Position numbers and translations under genes: made by a program. The notes under the pieces were generated by a model. The model did not search any database, had not been told where the DNA came from, and saw only the letters and a program-made list of their open reading frames with translations. Source: Octopus bimaculoides (taxonomy: Eukaryota). From it: a stretch of DNA of 64,000 bases. The stretch is taken from NCBI RefSeq assembly GCF_001194135.2, contig NC_068998.1, positions 52,926,511 through 52,990,510 of the forward strand. The letters are read 5' to 3'. How positions within the stretch are numbered: the stretch's first letter is position 1; every line of letters begins with the position of its first letter. Shown piece by piece: positions 13,140-25,490 of the stretch.

Positions 13140-13360
13140 TATATGTTTGTGTGTCTATGTTTGTCCCCCCCCCCAACATCGCTTCACAACCGATGCTGGT
13201 GTGTTTACGTCCCCGTCACTTACCCGTTCTGCAAGAGAGACCGATAGAATAAGTACTAGGCTTACAAAGAATAAATCCCGGGGTCGATTTGGTCGTCTAA
13301 AGACGGTGCTCCAGCATGGCCGCAGCCAAATGACTGAAACAAAGAAAAAAAGAAAAGAAT
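13140..13360 (+). mobile_element. SINE family A, 3' half
   Basis: tttgtccccc..acaaccgatgctggtgtgtttacgtccccgt..gagaccgatagaataagtactagg..ggtgctccagcatggccgcagccaaatgactgaaacaa. Confidence 0.85.
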
Positions 13361-14942
13361 ATATGTGTGTATATATAGATTACCAATGTTTTGCAGCAAC
13401 AGAGTAAGTGAAGGGCCGAGAGTTTCCTGCGTTTCATGACTTGGTTAAGTGCAAACGCACGAAAGTCCGGGCCCTGTGGCGTCCTGTTGCTTCTACGAAA
13501 TATTAATAAAATAAATGTGTGTGTGTGTGTATCGCTTGTATACACCATGTGTCGTCCTATCTACAGTAATTCAGATGTGTGCATGTATGAAAGCTGGATT
13601 AGTGTATGGTATTGCATGTAACGTGACGGAGATATTATAAGACAACGTATTCGGTGACGCAACGAGCCTTATATTACCAACTGCTTTATTATTTCCATAT
13701 CGTTGAGAAATGAATATATGTTGAAGAAACTTTGGAAAATTCCTGCTTATTCCAACTTTATTTCGTTCCATCCCATTCTTTACCACTCGACCATACCAGA
13801 TAGAAATAGCAGCGAAAGTCGAGAGGCTTTCTTTATAACCATGTGGTTCCAGTTTCGAAGACAGTGATCAGTACCTAATCAATAGTCTTCTACTATAACC
13901 ACGGGCCGACTAGTGTCTTGTGAGTGAATTTGGAAAACGGAAGCTGTAGAATCCCATCGTATACATACAAACCCACACAAACGCACACAGATCTATCTTT
14001 CCATCTGTCTATCTGTTTGTGTGAGTGAGTGTGTGTGTGCGTGCATGCGTTTGTGCGTGCGTGTATGTGTGTACGTGTGTGTGTATTTGTGTGTATGTGT
14101 GTGTTTTGTACGTTTGTGTTTGACCCTCAACGCTTGACAACGGGTGTTGGTTTGTTTAGGTCCCTAGCTTCGCTATAACAGATCGATGGAAATAAATAAG
14201 TGACTTCAAAAACCCAGTAGCGCGGCAGCATTTGTTAAACTATATCATTCAAAGCAGTGCCCCAGCTTGGCCGCAGTGCAATGATTCCGTCAAGTACAAG
14301 ATAGACGACAATACGTTGAATAATTCAGTCGCACCATCAGTATATCGCAATAAATAAATAAGTAAATAAATAAATGTGGTTGTCACGGCCGTCTCTTTCT
14401 GGACTGCTATAGGGTTAAAAAACAACAAAAAAAAACAACATTACCAACAGCAGCAGCAGCAGTAGCAACGGCAGCAACGGCAGCAGCAGTAATAATAGCG
14501 TTAGTAAAACAGCAACAAGAACAACAATGAATTAATTAATGTTATAATATTTTGGTAAAGTCCGTTTTTGTTTTCTTCTTTCTTCGGGAAATCCATGAAG
14601 ACTACACGTAACAAGACGGAGAAATCTTGTTCTATAAATGAACATAATACAAACAGACACACAGACACACAGACACACGGAATCACACATACAGTAATGA
14701 ATATTTACACACACACTCTACGAATTTATACATAAGGACGCTTATGCACGCAGTCGCACGCACGCACGCACGCACGCACGAACAAGCGTACACATATGCA
14801 CTGATTGTCTCACGGTTGCGGTCAAATGCAGGCTGACTCGTGTATGCAACAGGTGGACACACTAAAACACTTAAAGCTACTTGTGATTGCGATAGGCATG
14901 AATAAGAAATATTTCACACACGTACTCATACAGACGGACACG

Positions 14943-15116
14943 CACTGGAGTGGCTGTGTGGTAGGTAGCTTGCTCACCAACTACATGGTTCCGGGTTCAG
15001 TCCCACAGCGTGGCACCCTGGGCAAGTGTCTTCGACTATAGCCTCGGGCCGACCAAAGCCGTGTGAGTGGATTTGGTGGACGGAAACTGAAAGAAGCCTG
15101 TCGCATATATATTTCG

Positions 15117-15148
<32 letters not shown>

Positions 15149-15153
15149 CTTTT

Positions 15154-15195
<42 letters not shown>

Positions 15196-15405
15196 CCAAG
15201 TAACAGTTTTTTGTTATATTTATACTGCTTTTAAATAAAGCATGTTACTCTACCTCTGGTATTCGAGTACTCTTTTTCCACCTTGTTGCACATTTATGTG
15301 CTTACTCCGATATATATATATATATATATATGTCGTATATGTGTATGCATGTGTATATGTTTGTGTGTCCGTATGTGTCACCCCCAACGTCGCTTGATAA
15401 CCGAA
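14943..15405 (+). mobile_element. SINE family A with expanded internal (TA)n, 3'-truncated
   Basis: gagtggctgtgtggtaggtagcttgctcaccaactacatggttccgggttcagtcccacagcgtggcaccctgggcaagtgtcttcgactatagcctcgggccgacc. Confidence 0.85.
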
Positions 15406-15458
15406 ACCACAATGATACGATCATAAGTCCAACACCCTAGCCACTAAGCCACGCGTCT
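15400..15458 (-). mobile_element. SINE family D tRNA-like head
   Basis: Reverse complement gagacgcgtggcttagtggctagggtgttggacttatgatcgtatcattgtggtttcg; related to 22990-23045. Confidence 0.65.
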
Positions 15459-15534
15459 CTCCACTTGTTTACATATATACGTATGTATGTTAAGCAGAGA
15501 ATCTGTATCAAAGTTTGCCAAAGGCGTGGTGACA

Positions 15535-16041
15535 TCTGCTCAGAAGCCTGCGAAAAACTTTCAAAAGTTCTCATCGTTTTCGACAGAGTCAAAGAGAACT
15601 TGTGCAACTGAAACCCGAGTGTCTTTTGGTCAGCTGAAAGCGGTCTTGGCACAAATTTGGCACACACGCGTCTCATACCCAAATCTTCAGTGATAATGGA
15701 CAGAACTGAACCGTAGGTAATCTGAACATCCTCTGATAACTCATGGATGGTGATTCGACGACTTCTCTTCACAGCTGCACGCACGTTTGCGATGTTTTTC
15801 TCAGTTCAGCTGGTGACCGGAATCCCAGAACGTTCGTCAATATCGACACTTTTCAGTCATCTTGGAAATGCCTGCAGCACTCGGTCACTTGTCTGTCGCT
15901 CATACACTCCTCTCCGTACACTTTCTGCAACTTTGCGTTGGCCTCTAAGTATGGATCGCCATGACAACTTCCTCTGTCATGGTCAATGCGATGATCACAC
16001 ACTACACATCTTCCTTCCAAACAGTGCTGTAAATAGCAGAC

Positions 16042-16042
<1 letters not shown>
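15535..16042 (-). mobile_element. Tc1/mariner (mariner-type) transposase remnant, N-terminal HTH region; frameshifted, internally deleted and truncated before the DDD catalytic domain
   Basis: Minus-strand translation across frameshifts: MTEEV..EANAKLQKVYGEECMSDRQV..ERSG..TEKNIANVRAAVKRSRRITIHELSEDVQITYGSVLSIITEDLGMRRVCAKFVPRPLSADQK..DENF; AKFVPR corresponds to the mariner WVPH(E)L linker. Confidence 0.9.
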
Positions 16043-16075
<33 letters not shown>

Positions 16076-16209
16076 ATGTGTTTGTGTGTATGTATGCATA
16101 TACATATACACATAAATACATATGTATATAAACATACATATACACACATACATATATATATGTATATATAAGTATATATATATATATATATAATACATAT
16201 ATATATATA

Positions 16210-17054
16210 NNNNNNNNNNNNNNNNNNNNNNNNNNNNNNNNNNNNNNNNNNNNNNNNNNNNNNNNNNNNNNNNNNNNNNNNNNNNNNNNNNNNNNNNNNN
16301 NNNNNNNNNNNNNNNNNNNNNNNNNNNNNNNNNNNNNNNNNNNNNNNNNNNNNNNNNNNNNNNNNNNNNNNNNNNNNNNNNNNNNNNNNNNNNNNNNNNN
16401 NNNNNNNNNNNNNNNNNNNNNNNNNNNNNNNNNNNNNNNNNNNNNNNNNNNNNNNNNNNNNNNNNNNNNNNNNNNNNNNNNNNNNNNNNNNNNNNNNNNN
16501 NNNNNNNNNNNNNNNNNNNNNNNNNNNNNNNNNNNNNNNNNNNNNNNNNNNNNNNNNNNNNNNNNNNNNNNNNNNNNNNNNNNNNNNNNNNNNNNNNNNN
16601 NNNNNNNNNNNNNNNNNNNNNNNNNNNNNNNNNNNNNNNNNNNNNNNNNNNNNNNNNNNNNNNNNNNNNNNNNNNNNNNNNNNNNNNNNNNNNNNNNNNN
16701 NNNNNNNNNNNNNNNNNNNNNNNNNNNNNNNNNNNNNNNNNNNNNNNNNNNNNNNNNNNNNNNNNNNNNNNNNNNNNNNNNNNNNNNNNNNNNNNNNNNN
16801 NNNNNNNNNNNNNNNNNNNNNNNNNNNNNNNNNNNNNNNNNNNNNNNNNNNNNNNNNNNNNNNNNNNNNNNNNNNNNNNNNNNNNNNNNNNNNNNNNNNN
16901 NNNNNNNNNNNNNNNNNNNNNNNNNNNNNNNNNNNNNNNNNNNNNNNNNNNNNNNNNNNNNNNNNNNNNNNNNNNNNNNNNNNNNNNNNNNNNNNNNNNN
17001 NNNNNNNNNNNNNNNNNNNNNNNNNNNNNNNNNNNNNNNNNNNNNNNNNNNNNN
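16210..17054. other. Assembly gap
   Basis: Run of N flanked by (TA)n. Confidence 1.
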
Positions 17055-17559
17055 TATATATATACCATGTTTATCTAACTCGTGTTTCCTCTCCCCCACA
17101 CCACCCTTCCTTCTTCCACCAATAAATTGCAAAACCTTTACTGATCTCGTCATTATTTATCCCATTCACTATTTTAAAGTGATGTTTTTGTGGTTGTTCT
17201 TCTTGTACGCTTAGCAGCCAATTATCTCCGAATGATGTTCCAACATAAGTCTTATTCCCTTTCGTGCTGGTATCCATAGCATCAGTGAAAGACGGAATGG
17301 AATCCTCCCCCGGTTAAGTGAACTCCAGCTATGTCATCAGACGTGAATGGCTCATGGGATTGCAGTAAGCAGCGAAAAACAAAGGAGAGATTACACATCT
17401 CTTCTGTCATTCATGACTGTCGTTTGAAGCTACAACAATCAAGCGAGCACGTCGTGTTTTAGTAGCAGCAACAACAACGACCTGGTGGAAAACGTAGAAA
17501 TAGCAGCCGACCGTCGGCGTGCGTTGAGATAGAATGCACGGGACAGATATTGTAAATGA

Positions 17560-17872
17560 GAAGGCAAAAGAGATTTGGGGAGATATTAGATGTTATATAT
17601 TGGATAATGAGCAAAATAGACATGGAGAGGGAGAGAGAGAGAGATGGAAAGAGAGGAGAGAAGAGAAAAAGATACTGAGAAGAAGAGAAAGACGGAGAGA
17701 TTTACGATAGAGATATAGTTTGCGAGTGAGTTATAAAATCATGTTAGTGATAGAGCCAATTAATAAAGATAAGATTGATCGATAAGCAGATAGATTGGTA
17801 GACATACAGACATACAGACACACAGTTTAGATAAATAGATAGATAGATAGATAGATCGATAGATAGATAAAG

Positions 17873-17923
<51 letters not shown>

Positions 17924-17928
17924 AAAAA

Positions 17929-17987
<59 letters not shown>

Positions 17988-18229
17988 ATATATATATATA
18001 TATACACACAGTTTTCTATTATCCCCATTTACTGTTTGTGTGAAAACATACACACAAATGGAAAGAATGATACACAGTGAAATGCGTGAGAAAGAGAGAG
18101 GGAGAGAGAGGGAGAGAGAGAGAGAGAGAGAGAGATAGAGAGTGCGTGAGAAAAAGATTATGTATAGAAATAAAGATGAAAACATATAAGGATTAACAGC
18201 CTAGTATGTATACACATAATGTGTATATC

Positions 18230-18272
<43 letters not shown>

Positions 18273-18595
18273 ATGTATACACACACATATAAATATATGA
18301 TATATGTGTGTGTGTATGTGTGTGTGAGTGAGTGAGTGTGTGTGTGTATATATATATATATGCGTGAATGTCTGCAGTATGCATGCGTAGTGTGTGTGTG
18401 CGCACACGCGTGTGTTTAGGAAATGGAGAGATAGAGAGAGGGGGAGAGAGGGAGAAAGAGAGAGAGAGAGACTGTCAAGTAGTTAACGAGTTAAGATAAA
18501 TAGGACAAGAGGGATTTGAGGTGAGCGAAAGAAGCAATTATAAATGTAAGAGACGGTACGCGGAAAGAAAGAAAGAAAGAAAGAAAGAAAGAAAA

Positions 18596-18627
<32 letters not shown>

Positions 18628-18636
18628 GAGAAAAAG

Positions 18637-18675
<39 letters not shown>

Positions 18676-18960
18676 ATGACGGGAAAAAAGAAACAAGACA
18701 GAATGACAGAAAGAAAGAGAAAAAGAAACAAAAAAGAAATAAAGAAGAAAGAATGACAGAGATAGAGAAAGAGAGAGAAGGAGAGAGAGTGGAGGAGAGT
18801 ACGATGGATAAAAAACCTAGTGACGGAATTTAGTAGAATTTTTCGAAAGAGTTTGAGAGCGAGGGATGTTAAGAGAAGGAGGAGAGAGCCAGAGAGAATG
18901 AAAGAAAAAGAAAAGAGAGTGGAAGTAGGGAGTGTATCTGAGATGGAAAGAAAATAGGGG
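17560..18960. repeat. Compound purine-rich microsatellite block: (GA)n, (GATA)n, (GT)n, (TA)n, (GAAA)n
   Basis: Directly visible; (TAGA)n about 17830-17920, (GAAA)n about 18563-18675. Confidence 0.9.
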
Positions 18961-21594
18961 AAGTAAAAAACGAGAATATAAACGAACGCGTCGTCTTGAA
19001 TGTTATATCGCCGGTTTGTTGTAAATCAAATCCATTTCATTGGTTACGAAAGCAATCAAGCACATGGTTTTATTGTGGTCTTGATCAGGATATTTTATTC
19101 ATTGTTGTTGTGCTTGGTTTTATTTCTGATTTGAATTTGAGGGCACGTGTACTGGAGATTAAGGTTTTGGGGTACAAGACCGTTGGTTTGATTCCTGCAC
19201 CGGGTAGGTGTTTGGGATATATAGCGAGGCACATTATTCCACGTCAATTTTATCTCCTCAGTTGAAAATAAGTACTCAAAGCAACTTGATTGATTGAATG
19301 GCGTGTCGTCCAGGGGACGAACGTCTTTAAGAACAAGAGTAGGGAACTGTTTACTGCTCTTACTAGAAGAGTATGTTGAGCCTCCATACTGGCCTCATTC
19401 CCGTTACTTAGCAGTTCAGTAAAATACATTGATAGAATCAGGCTTAAAATAGAAAAGTACTAGGTTCGATTCATTTGACCAAAATTTCTTCGAGGCTGTG
19501 CTGAGACATGTGTCTTAGCTTCTATTACACCGAGGATTATAAATATTACAAGTTTGAGTATCTCATCATGTTTTAGACATGTGACTATATTTTTCAATAA
19601 GACCATTCATTTTAAGAAAATAGACGTGTTATTTTAATATTACTTAGTTTTATTTGTGTAGTTGATTAAAGAAAAAGCCCTCTTACTTAATTCAAGCTCT
19701 TAGATATGATATCCTTTAATAATATAGGTCCTAAAGGAGATCGTCCAAGACAAAATCTTGGAATTTTGAAATGAATGAAGTTGGTTTGATGAAACAATGA
19801 CATATGTTTGTCAAGAAGAAAAAGGCTACCGTGTCCCCTTTTTTTATTCTGGATCTCCCAGACTGATCGAAGAACAGTAGAAAATTAAAGTAAATCTGGT
19901 GACATCGTCCGAATGATTGCGATTACGTAAACTCCTTTCGCAGACCCATGGATCAGGAAGTGGTGTTAAACCGGTGACGGGACAAGTCTAACAACCAATA
20001 ACACAGAACGCAAAGAACCACACTGGACTGTTATTTCCTCAATTTCGAAAGTTTGGCGGAATTAGAACTCAAAATGCTATTAAGGAAACACAAATATTGC
20101 CAGGCGTTCTGTGTACGTGTTGCAAAGATTCTTCTAATTTGGTGTTCAAGCTGTTGACACATTAAGTCAACACCGCAAGAAGAGGCATAGCCTATCCGAA
20201 GGTTTTCCAATGTTTGGTTTGCCCCGAAGCTACGATCGAAGTTACTCGACTAAAATACTTCTACTCTTAACTAAAGGCAACAATATTGATCATCGGCTGT
20301 CCTAATCACCCCACTTCGAACTCGTTTACTAATTTGTCATGCTACGTAACTGCTGCTAATACTGATTGCCTCAGCAAGTCAGATTTACTACTTCTATATA
20401 TGATACACAAACGATACTTTCCTCAACAAGCCGAAGATGTTTTTGCGATAACAAACAAATTTCTTTCACCTCTACAATCAATCCTCTGTTTGAAAACAAA
20501 ATTTATCCTGAAAAACATAGAATTACAAAACAGCCTATGTAGGAGGTTATTTAGTAATTCTATACGAGTAATGAAGCATCTTTATGTTTGTTATCATTCA
20601 TTAACGTCGTCTTGTATTGCTCAAAGGGTTTACAAATATTTATCTCATTTTTATATACTTCAATGCTTCAAGCAAAATACGATACCCAGCATTCTAATTA
20701 TTCTTATTGCTTGCTTTCATCCTACTACACAATGCTGCTTTGTGAGCCATGTACGTATTCTGTTGTCTTCTAGTTTGGCGTTTAATGCAGAAAGTATTTA
20801 ATGTGATATGTATGCATTGCCTCGTACTTTTATGCCTTTTTCAAGTGTAATTTCTTGCCTATTCTTTAATCACCCCCCCCCCACCTATCATCATCGGGAT
20901 TGCTTCGGTCACAGTATTATGGTTAGCACCATTTCCAGTTCATTTAATGACACATTTTTGTTGGTTGGCACCGAAACTTTCTTTATGACTAGGGTACTTC
21001 CTATGATATTGTTCCTTAATAAGAATATTCCACTGATATTATACATGGCACATGGATCTGAATGTGTTGCTATTTTCCGAAATATTTTCTATTCTACAGT
21101 CATACCAACTATTTTCCTATTTCCTGTTGGTATTTGAGAATGAGGGTAAACTCTACAATGCAGGCACCCCATCTCAGCCTTGCCCTTGTTTAAGCAGCTC
21201 AGGTAAAAGCAATTTGGTTAACTGTCTATGCTTAACCTTCACATATTCAGAAGTTCATTCATGCATGCTGTATTATTAGATTCTTCTAGAGATTTCTGAC
21301 GGGAATGTTGCTCTCCTGTTCTGCAATCAGGCGTCATTGAATGCTGGACTTCTCAGGCAATACTGAGATTATTCTGTGCATGTTACCACACAATTCATTC
21401 TTTTAGAAATTTGTCATGTACAGGAATTTCTTTAAAGCGTTATAAAATGGTATTATGAAACTCTATTCTTATCTTAGTTTTTGCATTTTTCAAAACCCAT
21501 ATTTTGCTTTCCTATTTTCTTATCAGAAATATCTGTCACTTCAGCTTCTCTTGAGTGACTCTGAGAAGCTTTGAAGAGTAAATAATTTTAATAT

Positions 21595-21745
21595 ATTTGT
21601 GCCTATCGCTTCCCATTTACTGGTGGCACTCATTAGACTGCGACCCCGATGAGGAAAAGCTTTCAAGGTTTTCAGTCGAATACGTCAGCCTCATTGATTA
21701 TGTTTTTAAAGTTTGTTCTCACACTACGATTAAGTTACATGACAT
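21595..21745 (+). mobile_element. Probable Penelope-like terminus with degenerate hammerhead
   Basis: ccgatgag-gaaaagc..ggttttc-agt-cgaa-tacgtc at about 21646-21686 resembles CUGANGA...GAAA...GUC. Confidence 0.35.
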
Positions 21746-21747
21746 AA

Positions 21748-21834
<87 letters not shown>

Positions 21835-21843
<9 letters not shown>

Positions 21844-22010
21844 GCTTCCACTCCGTTTCCGTCTAATAAATTCACTCACAAGATAGTGGTTGGCCCAGAT
21901 CTATAGTAGAAGACATATGCTCAAGGTGCTTCACAGTAGGACTGAACACAAAATCACACGGCTGCACCGTGAGCTTGTTACCCACACAACAATGCCTGCG
22001 CTTATGTTTT
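21835..22010 (-). mobile_element. SINE family A head, followed by an expanded (CA)n at 21751-21841
   Basis: Reverse complement gcaggcattgttgtgtgggtaacaagc..gtgttcagtcctactgtgaagcaccttgagcatatgtcttctactatag. Confidence 0.75.
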
Positions 22011-22829
22011 GTCGCTATTTGAAACAAGCTTCCATTATTCTTTTCTAGATATTTTCGTTATCCTACAGTACATATTTTATAATTGTCTTCTAGTTGCATA
22101 ACACTTTGTTTCCCTCTGTTCCTGGAAGCACAATATATCTCCATCGGATGCTGTGTAGTGTATTCTAAAGGATGTCATTATATTATTATCTCGCTGTCTA
22201 TTTGTGCTAATTCATTTAACGTTCACTTGAAAATATGATTGCTTATTCCTGGTACATTTAGTGTGTGTAAGTGTATTACTTCAATTTTCTGCATTTAGCT
22301 CTGTTTTAAGTATTAATCAACTAAATCGGTCATAATATTCCTCCTTAACCCTTTCTTTCATCTGTGTTTAATGTACACTTTGGTATTTCTTGATACCAAA
22401 TTATTTAGAAGTCTGAAATTGTTTTCATTCGCTTATATCTCTTTCTTTATCAAACGCAGAATTTGTATTCATAATTAATTTATAGCACCCTCTTTGAGAT
22501 TGCATTGGCAACATTTTCTGATCCTAATTGAATATCTTTTCTCTTAGTAAATCCTTGAACCGTCTGTAGTCGGGTTTCTAGTTATTTATCATCAAACTAC
22601 AGTTTTCAAACGCTTGATAGCATGTGTTGCTAGTTCACGACCTGGGATACATTTATTAACAGCAGAAAGGAAAAGGCTGAGAGAGTAAGTGAGAGAGGAT
22701 TCTTAGAATATTCCTCTTCAAAACAGAGATGTGTTAATAATAAGTGATTCTCTCGTCAAAGACGACGTAACAGTGTCTCGCTCTTATCAAAAAACCTATA
22801 CAAAGGATTTATTTATATTGATCAATTGT

Positions 22830-23045
22830 ATGTGCTGTACATTAGGTCACTCCCTCCGTGAAACCGACGATGCCTGAACAGGGGCACGCAGGTGTACCAC
22901 GCGTCAGGTGTCGGAGTGAGTGATCAGAGAGCAACGTGAGTGATCAGAGAGCAAGTGTTTTGCTCAAGAACACAACACACCACCGGGTCTAAGAATTGAA
23001 ACCACGATCTAGCGATCATGAGTGCAACACTCGTACCAGTAGGCT
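22830..23045 (-). mobile_element. SINE family D, with an internal tandem duplication
   Basis: Reverse complement gtgttgcactcatgatcgctagatcgtggtttcaattc..gtgttcttgagcaaaacac (CORE-like); gagtgatcagagagcaa occurs twice at about 22918-22955. Confidence 0.7.
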
Positions 23046-23046
23046 A

Positions 23047-23071
23047 TAATAACAACAACAACAACAACAAC

Positions 23072-23129
<58 letters not shown>

Positions 23130-23150
23130 TTAATAATAATAATAACAAAT
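23047..23150. repeat. (AAC)n(AAT)n compound microsatellite
   Basis: Directly visible. Confidence 0.95.
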
Positions 23151-23694
23151 GAAGTGAAAAAGAATAAGTGAGTGTGTTTATTATTGGCATAATGACCCTC
23201 TAGTTGTACAACAACATCTGATTTAACACACTAGAATCTTCCAAATCAAATGCAGAAACTAAAACTTCTTGAACTTGGTAGTTTCTTCACCCCTGTCTGA
23301 GCGATGTTTTACTGAGATGAGATCGAAGTCGCCAACAGAGTTCAGAGGGTGTTTTGTTTTTAACCAGCTCTTGATATATATATCTGGAAGGTTACTTTGA
23401 TTTCCTTAGTATTGAAGACCATATCCCAAATACATCTGTAGAGCGTTTCTCACGCAATATATTTTTCATATGTTTGTGTCAATTCTTATTCGATTTAATC
23501 TCCGACAGTCAGTATATTGTCTAGTGGACCTAGCTTTTGGCGAGAACGTCTCTGTCAATATATGTGGACTTTGCAAAGACTGAAAATCTGGTTTTGATGC
23601 GGGCAAATGCTTCCTTGTATCAATAATATAGTCTGCACTTCATATCGTATAAATCTTTCCTTACATTATTCACATTAATAATGGTGGCTTTGAA

Positions 23695-23890
23695 GACGGC
23701 GAGCTGGCACAGTCGGACAAAGTGTTTAGCAGCATTTCTCCTGCCTTTACCTTCTGAGTCCATCAAGGTTGATTTTTGCCTTTCATCCTTTCCGGGTCGA
23801 TAAAAATAAAAACCAGTTGAGTGTTGGGGTCAATATAATCGACTTACCCATTTCCCGGAAAGTGGTGGCAGTGGCCAAAATTTGAAACCT
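23695..23890 (+). mobile_element. SINE family B
   Basis: gacggcgagctggcac..ttctgagtcc..tttgcctttcatcctttccgggtcgataaaaataaaaaccagttgagtgttggggtc. Confidence 0.75.
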
Positions 23891-24039
23891 ATACTGGACT
23901 TCGTAATTAGTCTTATGGAGCTAAATTCAGATCTGTTTTTTTCACATAGGGAGAGTTTGCATCGTTGTTTTTCTGTGTAGTTCGTTTCAGGTTTGCATTT
24001 CGTTTCCTTTTGTCTTTTTACTTTCCTTGAGATCCAGCA

Positions 24040-24400
24040 TTTAAGGATTTATTGAAAGAAATCTACCCCGGTACTTGTTTATTTCAGTCTGGTAAATATT
24101 CTGTCGGTTCTTTTGTCGAGCCGCTACATAATGCAGACGTAAACAAACCAAAACCCATCCTCAAGCGGTGGTGCAAAGCCAAATGCAAGAACATAACGCA
24201 TACACATGCACAAATACATTTACACACACACACATACTCAAAGATATATATATACGACGGGCTTTTGTAGAGTTCACGTCTGTTGCATTGGTCGGTCCGG
24301 GCTATAATAGTCGACACATTCCAAAGATGACGTGCAGAAGCACTGAACCTAAAATTACGTGGTTACAAATGAAAAAATTTTATGGCCACTTCATGCAATT
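24040..24400 (-). mobile_element. SINE family A, degraded
   Basis: Reverse-complement similarity across head, centre and tail; internal (CA/TA) tract. Confidence 0.7.
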
Positions 24401-24409
24401 TTTTGCTAA

Positions 24410-25217
24410 GTTGATTAGTTTTCCTCTATTTTCTTCTCACACTTTTTTAGTCCAAATCTAGTTATTTTGTAGTACTTCCAGTTACTAGTTACTACTTCTC
24501 TCATTGTATATGCTTTTAGGTGTTGGTAGCTCGGAACACTATTAGTAGCTCCATGGCTTTCATGTCTGAGCTCTTCAATTCGCTTATCTTCTAACTTAAT
24601 TTGCTAAACTTGTAGTTTATTGCTGGAATGTCTAGTTTATTTATTCTTATTAACTTATACTTAACATTCAGCTATGTTTTTTTTTAATACATATCGCATT
24701 GTTCTGTGGCAAAAGTTTCTAATTTTCTTCCTCGTGACTCCATGCTCTATCATACCATCTTCTCTCGTACATTTGTACGGGTACTTAATTCTGCTCTCAT
24801 TCTCTAACTCCAGTGTCTTTTTGTTGTTTAATGCTTTCGGTTTTAGTTAAATTGCCTCTTCTTATTGTAACCTTCACACGTTTATCAAATCCCATGCCAG
24901 ATTTTATGTCTCGACTGAATTCACGAATTATTTGTAACTGTATTTCAAGTTGAATATTGCTCTTTGTAAATGTTTTAAAGTCATCCGTAGATAGATGAGA
25001 TAATTTGTCCGTAGCATTTACGACCGTTGGTTGGGCAGCTTTATTCAACGAATTTATTAATGGTGTCAGAGCCAGGAAAAACAATACTGGATGCAAAGTC
25101 TCTCTGGAAGATTATTTTCCTCATGACTATCTGGCTGCTTTTTAATTACCTTCATTCTGACAAGTATTGATATGATTGTTTTCCATTTCGATATAGCATG
25201 GTTGATATAATTTATAG

Positions 25218-25218
<1 letters not shown>
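24410..25218 (-). mobile_element. R4/Dong-like retrotransposon reverse-transcriptase fragment, 5'-truncated
   Basis: Minus strand: INYINHAISKWKT..IFQRD/LHPVLFFLALTPL (GIFQGDSLSPLLF motif), SHLSTDDFKTF (YMDD region), FSRDIKSGMGFDK, and KLIRINKLDIPAINYKF..KISELK; frameshifted. Confidence 0.85.
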
Positions 25219-25277
<59 letters not shown>

Positions 25278-25288
25278 CATTATTATTA

Positions 25289-25362
<74 letters not shown>
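25219..25362. repeat. Long (TTA)n array
   Basis: Directly visible, about 140 bp. Confidence 0.95.
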
Positions 25363-25365
<3 letters not shown>

Positions 25366-25369
25366 ATTA

Positions 25370-25490
25370 TAGGTGGCAAGCTGGTAGAATCGTTAGCACG
25401 CCGGGTAAAATGCTTAGTGCCGTTTCATCCATCTTTACGCCTTGAGTTCAAATTCCGCCGATGTTGCCTTTACCTTTCATCCTTTCAGAA
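25370..25490 (+). mobile_element. SINE family B, 5' half, starting immediately after (TTA)n
   Basis: aggtggcaagctggtagaatcgttagcacgccgggtaaaatgcttagtgcc..gagttcaaattccgccgatgttgcctttacctttcatcc. Confidence 0.85.

Larger units (their letters stand above)
20780..22620 (-). mobile_element. R4/Dong-like non-LTR retrotransposon remnant (post-RT region to RLE endonuclease), interrupted at about 21590-22020
   Basis: Minus-strand peptides: MKERVKEEYYDRFS*LILKTELNAEN, TLNELAQID, QLEDNYKICTVG*RKYLEKNNG, LIAEQESNIPVRNL, VSVPTNKNVSLNELE (RLE region); many stops and frameshifts. Confidence 0.7.

Noticed and set aside
12249-13407. Long ORFs of 270-360 aa here and at 15995-17153, 43766-44852 and 47377-48463
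   Set aside because: They are runs of X from N-gaps plus (TA)n translation, not genes.
22918-22955. Short direct repeats here and at 11078-11118 and 34903-34923 as possible CRISPR-like arrays
   Set aside because: There are only two adjacent copies with no unique spacers, in a eukaryotic SINE context; these are simple tandem duplications.
23200-23650. Possible RTE-clade LINE remnant on the minus strand (EAFARIKTR...)
   Set aside because: Similarity is fragmentary across several frames and cannot be supported without a search.
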